From the human T2T-CHM13v2.0 reference genome, Homo sapiens, in the NCBI RefSeq assembly GCF_009914755.1, contig NC_060932.1: a stretch of 64,000 bases of DNA, one strand, 5' to 3'. Below are positions 27,815 to 40,819 of the stretch, piece by piece. Position 1 is the first letter of the stretch, and each line of letters starts with the position of its first letter. A program made the position numbers and the translations under genes. The notes beneath the pieces are model-generated. The model saw only the letters and a list, made by a program, of their open reading frames with translations, ran no database searches and was not told where the DNA came from.

Positions 27815-29732
27815 CAGTGTTCCAGCCAAGGTCTGGACAGTGGAAACAGTCCATTTGGGGTGCAGACAATGAGGGGGTACATTACCCATACATAACTTAA
27901 ATACGCAATAAAATTGACTAAAATTTAATCTGCTTTTAAATAGTCACCATGCTCAGAAATTCTTAAGTACCATTAATGAAAAGATCTTTTTCTGGTCTAA
28001 TTTGCAAACATTTGCTGTGATTGCAGCTGTGTTTCAATAATATATATGCATGCTTCAAATTAGCACATTTAAATCACTTATTTAATAAACATTGAATTCT
28101 CTGTGGAAGTTAATTGTGACAACTCCCAGCTATGCAATTGGCCTCCCACACATGTGGACTCAGCTACCACATTCATTTCCAGAGGAAGTTTCTTATGGTT
28201 CAGAATCCTTCAATCTTAATTCTGGTACAGTTCATATTTTCAACCCCCATGATACTGTATATTCCTGTATTTAGACAATGCATTGGAGATAAACAAAGAT
28301 AGCTATAGTAATTTTTCTTATCTGAATTATATTTTGTTTCTGGTTTGAAGTTGTGGGCAAAGTTAACCAGACACAAAAATGTTTGCAGACAGCCAGAAAT
28401 GGTTTAATGATGTACCAGAAACAAGCTTCAAGCTTGTTGCTTGAAGACGGGTGCATAGAAATAGTGAAAAGGCTATCAACTATAAAAAATGTAAGGAATT
28501 GGACATTACATGGGAAAAAAATCAGATCAGAAAAAATTGCCCATAGAAATAACAAAGATGCCACTTTCACATTGTCAGAAGAAATCAGAAGTCAATGTCT
28601 GAATGTCCTGATCATTTTCACCAAGATTTGGACATTAGTTCTAAAGCAGAAGGAAGACTTAGAGAAGTTTTTACTAGATGTAATAGAAGTTTATGATGAA
28701 TTTCTGCTGAAAGTATTTTAGGGGAATTTTTTTGACTGTCAAAATATTTGAAAGGGACTAGAATGATACCAAAAAAACAAAGATATGGGAAGTATGTGAT
28801 TTCTGGAATTTATTATGAAACGGAATTTTTATGAAAAGTTGCCAGGATTAGACTTAGGTTAAGAATTTTCTTAGCTGTTTGTATCTCTGCTGTTTCATGT
28901 GAAAGAAATTTCATGAGATTAAAATTAATAAAACATGTTCTTTCATCAACTACCAGGGAATAGATGGACAAAAAAGCATTTATTGTCTATTGAACATGAA
29001 TATGTGAAGAAAATTAATTTTGACAAAGTTTCTGAAAGATTTGTATATAGTTAAGGCTGGAAACAGAAACCAGACTCACACAGTGGCTTGCGCCTGTAAT
29101 CTCAGCACTTTGGGAGGCCGAGGTGGGAGGATTGCTTGAGGCCAGTACTTTGAAACCAGCCTGGGCAACAAAGTGAGACCGTATCACCATAAAACATTTA
29201 AAAAATTACTCAGACATGGTGGCACGAGACTGTAGTCCTAGCTCCTTGGGAGGTGAGGCAGAATTGCTTGAGCCCAGGGGTTTGAGGCTGCAGCAGTGAG
29301 CAAGCATTGTACCGCTGTACTCTGTACTCCAGCCTGGATGATAGAGTAATACTCTCCCTCTCTCTCTCAAAAGAAAAAAAAAAAAAAAGAAAGAAAGAAG
29401 GAGAAAATAATAGAAACTGCAATTTTATTGTTTACTATTATAATGGACCAATATTTAGGTATATTTTCCCCTTTAAAAAACACAGCATTGCAATTAACAC
29501 AATTAATTTATTACTTTTTATATTCTTATTTTATTTTTATTTAAAAGTACATTAAGGCATTATATTTTTATTTAAAAATAAATTAAGTTGTATAAAAGAA
29601 AAAAAACTACCCTGCTTCTATTATATGACCAGGTTTTCTTGCGATATGTGTTACATGAAATACTCTTTTCCTATCAAAAAATGGGGTATTAAAATGATTC
29701 TCCAGATGCCAGTTATGCTAGGTAAAGTATTC
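27815..29732 (+). mobile_element. hAT-Tip100 DNA transposon (Arthur1-like) with transposase remnants
   Basis: 5' end cagtg...ggggtgcagacaatgaggggg. Translation from 28892 gives VSCERNFMRLKLIKHVLSST, similar to the hAT C-terminal dimerisation motif. ORF 28353-28721 is transposase-like. The 3' end is aaaatgattctccagatgccagttatgctagg. Confidence 0.75.
29072..29405 (+). mobile_element. AluJ inserted in the hAT element
   Basis: Dimeric Alu with J-type ggaggattgcttgagg and an A tail. The TSD-like flanks are aacagaaac and aatagaaac. Confidence 0.9.
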
Positions 29733-29744
29733 CAGTCTTTCACC

Positions 29745-30183
29745 GTATTGATTGATCATACTGGGCTAGGCTATTCTATAGTAACAATTAAATTCTGACA
29801 TCTCAGTGGTTTAACCCAATTAAAATTTGTGGCTTCCCAGCACAGTCAAATATGGAAGCTCCTGATTGGATGGCAATCCTGGGTGGTTGTCTGCAAGTAG
29901 AAGCTCAAGGGCTCACCATGTTGAGCCTCTGCCATGTTGTCACTTCAAAGTGACAACTAACGCATACAGAAGGAAAAATGAGAGACGAGAAAATGTTGAA
30001 GATCAGACAAAATATTTTATGGACTGGCCTGAAAATAGCATGCATCACTCTTGTTTACATTCAGTTGGTCAGATCCAGCCATATGGTACTAACTGAACTG
30101 CAAAGAGGGCTGGAAAATCTATTCTTCCTGAGTGTAGAGGAGGAGGAAACAGGATTGGGCAGCATCTAGCCAGTTCTGTCACT
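29745..30183 (-). mobile_element. MLT1K-like MaLR solo LTR
   Basis: gggctaggctattctatagtaacaa...atctcagtggtttaac...cattcagttggtcaga...ctaactgaactgcaaagagggctgg. Confidence 0.65.
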
Positions 30184-30295
30184 CCATCTGTGTTCAACCT
30201 ACTGTCTTTGCATTTGTATGCCATTGCCATAGCTCATTAAATGGTGTCTGCAGTCTCCTTGTTACCAACTGTATAATAGAGTACTACTAAACAGT

Positions 30296-30549
30296 CAGTG
30301 GTTTTCATATCAAGCAAGCGAACTCCTTTTTTTTCCACATAAAATATTCTCCATAAACTAATGCATTAAAAATTGATAAATACTTTGCTGTTCTGGTTGG
30401 AGGAGGAATGAACATTCAGAAACATTTCATTGATCTTTTCATTAACTCACACACACTTCCCCCTCCCTTCCCATCCCAGCCATTCCTGGAATCCTCAGCT
30501 ACTTTTCTGTAATTCCTGGGTTCTGATGAACAGAAGTTGAAAACCATTG
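30296..30549. mobile_element. hAT-Charlie-type MER (degenerate)
   Basis: The termini cagtggttttca and tgaaaaccattg form a terminal inverted repeat. Confidence 0.5.
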
Positions 30550-31699
30550 CAATGGGCAGAGTTGGGCCATGGAAGCTTTTTGAACAGGGAATGTTGTTTA
30601 GAAAGATCCAAGTTTAAGCTGCCTCCCCCTGCCCAATACTCTTCAACTTCAAATTATTCAGCTCTACTCAATGCTCCCTGAAAGACTCCTACCCATTTAA
30701 ACCTTTATATTCATAAAATACAGGCTTTTAATATTGTTCTTAATATTGAACTTGTTTTTATTCACTCAACACTGAGTGCCAGGTATCAGGAAAACTATGA
30801 TAGGAACTCTGGCCTCAAAGGAAATAATTTTCATAATACAAAATTAAATTAAAATATTTAAATATAAAGTTGAGTATACAATGTGATCTTTATAATGTAG
30901 AAAGAACCACTTTCTCTAAATCTAAAGGTATACGTTGAGTCTTCTGTTTATTCATCCTAACCCATTAGGTGGGCTCAAGTCCCACCAAAAGTAATGAAGC
31001 CAAAAGGCTGCCTCAATTGCCGGGAGCCCAAGCCAATCTGCAAAAACCACCATACCAGGGGACAGAGCTTCCTACCAGTTTTGAGGTTTCCTTCCATGCA
31101 ACAGAGGCCACTTGGAACAGCAGGCATGCCAACAAGAGTGTTAGCATGTTTAGTTTATCTGTGCAGGCAGGCTTCTACAATTAGCATGCAGGCTTGAATT
31201 CTCTTTTGTATAACCCAAGACTAAAGTCCTGTGTGCTTACACTTGTGAATTCTCCATTACCTCTCTCAAACCTCTCCACTAGGCAGAGAGTACAGTCTAT
31301 TCCACCCAATTTACTGCTCACTTCATTTGCATGGGGCTTTTTCCTTGTAATATTATTGACAGGAGGCAGAGGTTTATTACCGTGGTGCTAGTTTTGCACA
31401 GCAAACATATGATCACCTTTTTAGAGACCTTTGCCCTGTTTGACTCTGACCAAACCCTTCCTATTTTAACATATTTTTGTGATTCTAGGAATGTGAATAT
31501 AGTTCTCCAAATAATTTAGACACATCACAGCTAAACTATTTCCAACTTGGCACTTTTATCAACTTGAAATTATTTTCAACTGCAACAAGTCTGAAATTGC
31601 TAATTCAATCAGTATACATACCTGCAATAACTTAACACACACAGTATACCAACTGTCTTCACTGTTGTCAGAACAAAGTATAGGCAGAACATCCTGGTG

Positions 31700-32520
31700 T
31701 CAACATGAATTTTACCACATGCTTTCTTTCTATGTAAGATTAAATAATATTTTTTCTTTATTTTGTTAATGTGGTGAATAACATTGACTGATTCCAAAAT
31801 ATTAACCTTTCATTCCTAGAATAAACCCAACTTTGTTGAGCTGTTTAATCTTTATAGATCATATATCTTTTGTACTACTTCAAAAGAGAAATTGGCCAGA
31901 ATTTTTTTTCTTATAATGTTCTGTCTGGCCTATTATAAAGTTTATGCTGGTTGCATAAAATGAATCGGAAATCATTTGCTTTCTTTTTAAAATGGTTGAT
32001 ATAGTTCTCAGTGATTCCCTCTAGACCTGGAATATTTTTAGTTTAGTTTGAAAAGATTTTTAATTATGGTTTCAATATCTTTAACAATATAAAATTATTC
32101 TGATCTATATCGGATAAACAATATTTGTGACAAATTATTTATTGTTTATCTGAAATTCAAATTTAACTGCATTTCCTATATTTAACTGGCAGCTGCATAA
32201 TGTCATCATTATATTTCATATGTCTGAAAGAGTAATGGTTGTCCCTTTTTCTCCCTATTGCAGTTATTTGTGCCATTTCTCTCTTTTTTCTTGATTAGTC
32301 TCACTAGAGGCTCATCAGTTTAATTAGTCTTTACAAAGAACTAACTTTTGGTGTGTCCATTGTCTTCACTGTATGTTTTCCCATTAATTTCTATTTCATT
32401 TTTTCCCTTTTTTCATGTGTAGCATTTAGTTTGCACATCTAACTTCTTGAATGGATAATATGATCTTTGATTCTCACATTTTTTTCTTTTTAAATGTATG
32501 AATATAAATTTCTCTTTAAG
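31700..32520 (-). mobile_element. Ancient L1M ORF2 fragment, containing a MER53-like piece at ~32110-32195
   Basis: L1M: gttaatgtggtgaataacattgactgatt...cattcctagaataaacccaactt. MER53-like: tgtttatctgaaattcaaatttaactg. Confidence 0.6.
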
Positions 32521-32525
32521 CATGG

Positions 32526-34826
32526 TGATATGGTTTCACTGTGTCCCCACCAAAATCTCATCTTGAATTGTAGTTCCCATAATCCCCACATGCCATGGGA
32601 GGGACCATGGGGATACTGAATCATGGGGGTGGTTTCTCCCTTCCTGTTCTCACGATGGTGAGTGAGTTCTCATGAGATCTGATGGTTTTATACGGGGCTT
32701 TTCCCTTCACTTGGCTCTCATTCTCTCTCCTGCCACCCTGTGAAGAGCTGCCTTCCACTCTGATTGTAAGTGTCCTGAGGCCTCCCCAGCCATGCGGAAA
32801 TGTGAGTCAATTAAACCTCTTTTCTTTAAAAATTACCCAGTCCTGGGCAGTTCTTTATAGCAGCATGAGAACAGACTAATACAGTAAGTTGGTACTGCAG
32901 AGAGTGGGGTCCTGCTATGAAGATATCCAAAAATGTGGAAGTAACTTTGGAACTGGATAACACGCAGAGGTTGGAACGTTTTGGAGGGCTCAGAAGAACA
33001 CAGGAAAATGTGGGAAAGTTTGGAGCTTCCTAGAGACTTGGAGGGCTCAGAAGACAGGAAGATGTGGGAAAGTTTCAAACTTCTGAGAGACTTGTGGAAT
33101 GGCTTTGACCAAAATGCAGATAATGATATGGACAATGAAGTCCAGGCTGAGGTGGTTTCAGATGGAGATGAGGAACTTGTTAGGGACTGGAGTAAAGGTG
33201 ACTCTTGCTGTGCTTTAGCAAAAAGACTGGTAGCTTTTTGCCTCTGCCATAGAGATCTGTGGAGCTTTGAACTTGGGAGAGATGATATGGGGTATCTGGC
33301 CAAAGAAATACTTAAGTGCCAAAGTGTTCAAGAAGAAGCAGAGCATAAAAGTTTGGAAAATTTGCAGCCTGGAGATGCAATAGAAAAGAAAAACCCATTT
33401 TTCTGGGAAGAAATTCAAGCAGGCTGCAGAAATTTGCATAAGTAATGAGGACCTGAATGTTAATCAGCAAGACAATAGAGAAAACGCCCCCAGGGCATGT
33501 CAGAGACCTTCAAGGCAGTTCCTCCCACCACAGGTTTGGAGGCCTAGGAGGGAAATTAGTTTCTGGGGCCAGGTCCAGGGCCCTTTGCTCTGTGAAGCCA
33601 TGGGACTGCATCCCAGCTGCTCTAGCCATGGCTAAAAGGGGCCAAGGTATAGCTTAAGACATTGTTTCAGAGGGTGCAAGCCCCAAGCTATGGCAGCTTC
33701 CATGTGGTATTGGGCCTGCAGGTATGCAGAAGATAAGAATTGAGGTTTGGCAACTTCCACTTAGATTTCAGAGAATGTATGGAAATGCTAAATATCTAGG
33801 CAGAGGTGTGCTGCAGAGGTGGAGCCCTTATGGGGAACCTCTGCTAGGGCAGTGCAGAAGGGAAATGTGGGGTTGGAGCCCACACACAGAGTCCCCACTG
33901 GGCACTACCTAGTAGAGCTGTGAGAAGAAGGCCAGCATCCTTCAGACCCCAGAATGGTAGATACACTGACAGTTTGCATGACATGCCTGGAACAGCTGCA
34001 GACACTCAATGCCAGCTCGTAAAAGCAGCCAGGAGTGCGGCTGTACTCTGCAAAGTCACAAGGATGGAGCTGCCCAAGGCTGTGAGAGCCCACCTCTTGC
34101 ATCAGTGTGACCTAGGTGTGAGACATGGAGTCAAAGGAATTCATTCTGGAAACTTAATGTTTAATGGCTGCCCTATTGGATTTCAGACTTGCATGGGGCA
34201 TGTAGCCCCTTTATTTTGGCCAATTTCTTCCATTTGGAATGGATGTATTTGCCCAATGCCTGTACCTCTACTTTATCTGGGAAGTAATTAACTTGCTTTT
34301 GATTTTACAGGCTCATAGGCAAAAGGGACTTGCCTTGTCTCAGATGAGACTTTGGACTTGGACTTTTGGTTTAGTGCTGGAATGAGCTAAGACTTTGAGG
34401 GACTGTTGGAAAGGCATGATTGTGTTTTGAAATGTAAGGACATGAGATTCTGGAGGGGCCAGTGGCAGAATTATATGGTTTGGCTGTGTCCTCACCCAAA
34501 TCTCATCTTGAATTGTAGTTCCCATAGTCCTCACATGTTGTGGGAGGGGTCAGGTGAAGATAATTGAATCATGGGGGCAGCTTTCCCCATACTGTTCTTG
34601 TGATAGTGGGTTCTCCTGAGAATTATGGTTTTATAAAGGGCTTCCCCCTTTGCTCGGATATCAACTCTCTCCTGTCACCCTGTGAAGAGGTGCCTTCTGC
34701 CATCATTGTAAATTTCCTGAGGCTTCCTCAGCCATGTGGAACTGTGAGTCAATTAGAACTCTTTCCTTTGTAAATTATCCAGTCTCTGGTATGTCTTTAT
34801 TAGCAGCATGAGAACAGACTAATACA
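32526..34826 (+). mobile_element. Complete THE1 (THE1C/D-like) MaLR provirus: LTR-int-LTR
   Basis: 5' LTR 32526-32883 (tgatatggttt...ctaataca), internal region 32884-34470 with the typical MaLR ORF (ALAKRLVAFC...DLWSFEL), and 3' LTR 34471-34826. The 5-bp TSD is degenerate (catgg/tacgg). Confidence 0.93.
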
Positions 34827-34991
34827 TACGGTTTTGACTTGTTCATGGAGAGTCATGCTCACGGACTTGGATTTTATTTTGTAGGTGATAAGGAGCCATT
34901 AATTGTATGGTGAGGAATGATATATTTCTTTATATTTGCTTTTTTGTGAAACATGCAATTTGCTGTGTTATGAAAACAGTAATTTGGGGAG

Positions 34992-35336
34992 TGCTATGAT
35001 GTGAATGTTTGTGTCCCCTGAAAATTCATATATTGAAATCCTAACTCCCAAGATGATGGTAGTAGGAAATGAGGCTTTTGGGAGGTAGTTAGGTAATGAG
35101 GATGGAGCCCTCATTAATAGGATCAGTGCCCTTATAAAAAGAGGCCTCAGAGAAATGCCTCACCATTTTCACCATACCAAGGCATAGTAAGAAGGCAGTA
35201 TCTATGACCCAGATACTGAATCTGCTGGTGCCTTGATCTTGGACTTCTCAGGCTCCAGAGTCATGTGAAATAAATTTCTGTTGTTTAAGCCACTCAGTTT
35301 ATATTTTTGTAATAGCAGCCTAAATTGACTAAGACA
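34992..35336 (+). mobile_element. MLT1A0-like MaLR solo LTR
   Basis: tgctatgatgtgaatgtttgtgtcccc...aaattgactaagaca, with a perfect TSD gggag (34987-34991 and 35337-35341). Confidence 0.9.
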
Positions 35337-36814
35337 GGGAGGCAGGAAGACTAGAAGTAGAAGAGCTCTTGGTTGATGACAGAATATTGGGGGGCAGCAT
35401 TTAGGCAATGGGCAGTCAAAGGACACCGTCATTATTGTTAGAGAAAGGGATAAAGAAGAAGAGACCTATAGTTCATAGAGTTGAGGCATCAGAGGCTGGG
35501 TGAACAAAGCTTTTTCAAGTTCCACATTTATACTTGTGTTTCTATTTAAGGTATTTCAGGAGGTTTTTTAATGTCAGAATTAATAGCAAACCTCTAAAAC
35601 AAAGAATACTTTTAAAAACTGTTTTATACATGGCTACACAGCATGCCAATCCTTTGGCTTCCAAGGCATAGCTAAGCTCCACCAGTGACCCTTAGGCCAA
35701 AGATTTCATTGACACAGATCCTCAAGGATAGGGCTCAACCCTCAAACACTGGCCATTCTGAATTTTCCTGGATTGACACATCAGTGTAAGCCATGGATTT
35801 GAAACCACTTCAATCCCAGGCCTATCCCTTTGTCTTTTAAAAGTTCTGACATAGTGAAGTAGATGCTATCTAAAAGGTTTCCAGCAACTTGGAGAAAGAT
35901 AGCTTAAAAGTAAAAGTCAGTTTTCATTTCAGATATAGATAATGAGGATCAAAATGTCTTACTATTTTAAGAGAGAACAGTTGGATTTAACTCATAACAT
36001 GTCAAATTCTGTATTCTTTTTTCACTGAAAGAAAAAAAAAATGGCCAGGAATAAAACTTTAGTGGTTTGTTCATAGATAAGGTGCTCCATCTTTATTTGA
36101 AGTAGAGTAAAAAATGTTTTTCCACACAAAGCGAATGATGACTAGACGTGCTCTTTTTGAATGGCCATCTTTAGAAGTTAGCAAAGTTTGAGATATCAAG
36201 AGAAATAGAATCAAGTGTTTCTTTAAGAATAAACTGAGTTTTATAAACAGGTCATTGTCCTACCAATTTCCAGTGTTCTTAAAGTCCTGCTGCTGTTTCT
36301 TTCCTGGCATATTGGGAAGAAGCCCAGGGCTTGTTTCCTTTTACTCTTTTGTTCTTTAGACTCACCATGTTCAGGGCTGTTCAGTGATATACCTGTGGGA
36401 AGGGAAAAATGTCTTCTTCAAAGGAGTCAATTATTTTGTTGCTACAAATTTGTGTGTTATGGGTAGATATTAGCCGATTTCTTATAAAATTTGAAAACTT
36501 ATTTGAAATTCCCACCAGTATGCTAATTTACAGGAAGTTGACATCTCTGAAAATCTGTGCCCCGCTCCTCCCCCATCCCCCAAAAACACGCTATTACAAC
36601 CATATAACATGATCTTATCCACACTATGTGATATATTATGGTTAAAGTTTTAAAGACAGGGATAATTTCATTATACTTAGTGCTAAGATGTCAGTTTAGG
36701 TATGATCATACAGTAAAGAAATATATTCTTTCCATGTTCTTATTCACTTGGAAATCCTTATTTTTTTTAATCAACACAAACAAATAAAAAATAAGCCTGT
36801 ATTCCATTTGACTT

Positions 36815-36950
36815 GGCTGGGTACAGTGCTTACACCTGTAATCCCAAAGCTTTGGGAAGCCAATGCGGGAGGACTGCTTGAGGCCAGGATTTCAAGACCA
36901 ACCTGGGCAACAAAGTGAGACCCAACTTTAGAAAGAAAAATAATTTTAAA
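36815..36950 (+). mobile_element. Free left Alu monomer (FLAM_C-like)
   Basis: A single Alu left arm with an A-rich tail. The TSD-like flanks are atttgactt and attggactt. Confidence 0.8.
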
Positions 36951-37329
36951 ATTGGACTTACTATCTTTGTTTTCATTGTAAATTGTCTTGCTAATGACCT
37001 AGTAGAGAAAGTCAAATGAGGAATAGAATTACTAACCTGCCTATGGTAGTGTCAATGTACTGATTTACTTTTCCTTTTTTTCAATCTGTTTATCTTTCTG
37101 CACATGGTGGCTGGGGATGAAACCTTAGAGATTTGTTCACAAATAAGCCATCCTGATTGTTGGGGAGGATACGCACCTGTCTATCCATTTATCTAAAATG
37201 TATCAATGTTTGGATGGAAACAGAGACGAATAAGATGAAATACCTAACGTCATGAAGTCCCTGAGAAGTTAAGAGTTAGAAAATCATGTCTTATGTGCTA
37301 ATGATGCAGCCATGTATGAAATGTAGTAG

Positions 37330-38500
37330 GTTCAATGGGAATTGAGTAGGAGACGAAAGGCAGAGGGAAATGATGAGAGTTCGAACCAGAGTACTAGCAG
37401 TGGTGATGAAGACAGAGAGGCAGATTAAAGTGCTTTTTGGGGAGGAAAATCCCAGAAGCTTAGAGAGTTTGGTTTTGAGTCCTGGAACTACAACTTTATA
37501 GCTTACTAGTTGGGTTATTCATAAAAGGCAAGTTTTAAATTCTCTGAATCTCAGTTTTCTCGTTTGTAAACTGGGATTGTAGTATCTAAATCATAGAGCT
37601 TCTGTGTGCGTTAAATGAGTTAATTTGTGAAAATTTCTCAGTATCTGGTGTTTCAAACATAGTCATTCAATCCACATTGGTTATTATAATTACTATCAGT
37701 ACTGGGTGAGCAGTCACACAGTGCAGTTGAAAATACAAGGAGTTTTAGGTCAGATCGAATTTCATTTCAATCCCATATTGCCTTGTACTATCTGTCCGAC
37801 TTGGGTCAAGTTATTGAGTACCTCTAAGACTCAGCTTTATCCCCTGTGAAGTGGGAATTATAGCCACTAATTTGTGGGACACTTTTTAATGAAACGAATC
37901 AAAGTATAAAAATAATATGGCCCCACATCAAAATCCAATAAATAACTGCTATTATTTGGAGTTGAGAGAGAAGGAGATATTTAGGATGATGTTTTTAGAT
38001 TTGTAAGATGAGTAGTAGCTGGATAGTCATGATACACAGAGTATGAAGGAAAAATAGGCTTGTTTAAAGGAAAAAAGTGAATTTTATTTTAATCATAGAT
38101 AGATATATCTGGTCCTTTGGCTAGGTAGTTGGAGATAAAGATATGGTTATCAGAAAGGATTCAGGCCTGGAGTTTTAGCTTTGTGTATTGGCAGCCTATA
38201 TATTGTATTTGATTTCATGGATATGGATTGGGTTTTCCATAGACGGGTAAAGGATTCAAATTTCGTATCCTGGAGAAGACCAGCCTTTAAGGGGATAATA
38301 GAGAAGAAGAAAGGGGGAATGAAGGAAAGCCGGGCAAGAGGGTTAATATGCATGATGAGACACGTGAGAGTTGTATTCATGAAGACTTACAGTGGCCAAA
38401 TATCAAAGGGGAGAAAACTGAAGACAGTGTTCATTAGATCTGGCCATATAGAGGCCACCTGGCAACTTTCACCTTAGCAGTTTCTATGGAGCACTGTGGG
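37330..38500 (-). mobile_element. Degenerate L2 with nested MIR elements (~37470-37690, ~37710-37950)
   Basis: Purine-rich L2 body plus the MIR cores ctctgaatctcagttttctcgtttgtaaactgggat and ctctaagactcagctttatcccctgtgaagtgggaat. Confidence 0.6.
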
Positions 38501-39259
38501 TGAGAAGAAGGGGAATGAGAAGAGAAAGGGAGCAGAAAGATGAGGATGTGGGCAGAAGGGGCCAAATTCAAATATAACTCCTAACAGGGCATCCCATCAA
38601 TGCATGTATGTGGCTAGGACCAACTGGACATTCTAGGAATATAGGAAGTTTGTGCATGTTGGTGGTGCAGTGCATGGCGATATCAAGGGAATTGGACTTA
38701 GCACGTGGAAGAATGTGTGGTTCATTGCAAGCACTCAATCAATATTAACTCCTGTTACTACTTCCATCATTGTTATTAACTATACACTCTACTGCCTCTC
38801 ATGTGTACTCTGAGCTACTTCAGGGAACAAATGGCTATACAGATTGACAATGGGTAGGAAAAATAAAGAAACTGGACAAATTATCCATATACAGACATTA
38901 AATTAGAGCAATCTGCTTGTTTTGCAATTTGCTGCTAATAACAACATTCTCCCTCTTTCCATACCCATTCTAAAGGCTGCATTCATGTTTCCTAGAATGT
39001 CTACCTCCTCTATCTTTATGCTCCCAGAAGGGTCGTTGTCAGTATTTTCAACCAGGTTTAACACATACAAAAATCTTAGTATACATCTTTAAAGGTGGCC
39101 CTCAAGTAACTGTTTTCATTCCTTCCACCTCAGGCCCCTAGTTTTAAGGGTCTCTCTATAGTAGACACAAGCCCCCATACACACAAACATACCCCATTTC
39201 TATGCTTATAACAAATAATATGTTTACCATTTTAAAAATCATATTATAAATATGCTAAG

Positions 39260-39845
39260 GGTATGGACACTTTGAGATGTTGTTAATGAGAGAGGGAATT
39301 ACTCTAACCAACTTTCTTTAGGAAATGTACATTTTCTTTGACCTGGGCAATCCCAATTTGGGAAATACATCCTACAGTTTAAAAAGCAATTAAATGCAAA
39401 GCTATACTCAGTGATATTTCCTGTATTGTTATTTATAGTGGCACTAGAAACAGCCTGAATATCTCTTATTAGAGAGAAGCTTGACTAAACTATAGAACTC
39501 TATAATATAGGATATAATGACCAGAGAGATATCCATGATATGTTATTAAGAACAAAAGCAAGCAAAAGATTCATAGGTATAAAATGATCCCATGTCTGAA
39601 GTACAATAATATATGTTATTTACACATGTGCGTATCTTTGTGTGAACATATGTACTTATTTTGGATATAATTTTTTGGATCATAGAGAACAAGGTAGAAG
39701 AATACATACCAAATTGTTAACGTTGGTTAATCAGAGTTGATGGAGTAGAAATGGGGTAGAGTGAGATTGTTAACCTTTTCTTCAGTATTCTTATACTTAA
39801 TTATTAAAACAAGCTTGCATTTCTTTTTAAATTAAAAATAAACCC
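39260..39845 (+). mobile_element. L1ME-type 3' fragment
   Basis: ctttgacctgggcaatcccaatttgggaaatacatcct...gatatccatgatatgttattaag...catacc. Confidence 0.6.
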
Positions 39846-40819
39846 TATAAGTAATAGGACATATAGAGCTTTTACTACCATCTAATGAAATTATAAACCA
39901 TCTATTTGAAACAAGTAATTTAAGGGACACAGTGAGAAATGAAATGGTAATTATCAAGAGTTGGAAGAATAAACTTAACTTTGGAGGTCAAGGAAGCCAG
40001 CAGTGATTGGTCTCTTACGAGATTTGAGGAACCTATCTTGCTGTCTTTAAATGCAGCCACTCCTAGAGAGGGTCTTCTATACACATGTGCTTTTGAATTT
40101 GATTACTATGAGGTGAAGTATTAGGAAGCTCACAAATTTGCAGGGATTAGTTTAGTAATTTTAGTGTTCATTAACCACCCAAAAGCACAAGACTTGAAGG
40201 AAGAGTATTCAGATAGTTTAAATGTTGATAGGGCAGTAGTCATAGATAAAGGGTACTGGAAAGGTTCCCAGTTTACAGCAAGGCTCTGTTCTGCTGGAAT
40301 TCTTCTTTAGAGGGTGGACTGAAGAAGGTATTGGAAGGTCATGGCAGCTCTCAGCAAAGGACAGGGGAAAAAATGGAAAAGAATAATAGAGATCTCAAAA
40401 CCCCAAAAACTTAAGTGAGGTCATCCAGCTTAGGGAATGAGAATTCATGGAAAGGAAGAAGAGAGAGGGTAACAGGGGTAGAGGAAAGGGAAGTTGGTAC
40501 TGTTTGTGCTTGGGCAGCCAAATCAGTGAGAAACTATAGACAGGTGATAGATGAGCAGGGAAGAAGATGAATTCCAGGAGACAGGAGAAAGATAAAGGGG
40601 CGTGGGAGGCCATCCAAAACAAAGAGGCCCAATTTGAAGCTTGCTTGGCATTGGCTTGCTTGTATTTAGTCTCATCCACCAACCAAGTGAATTCCTATGG
40701 GCAACTTATAAAGTGAGAAGGTATAAATTCACATCTTGCATTTACATAATCATCCTTCATAACCAAGATGTCTTAAGAATCAAAAAGGTTTATTTATCTG
40801 GTGTGTGCATTATGGCTTT

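Noticed and set aside
32833-34291. Several 60-156 aa ORFs
   Set aside because: All lie inside the THE1 internal region and are typical MaLR-derived frames.
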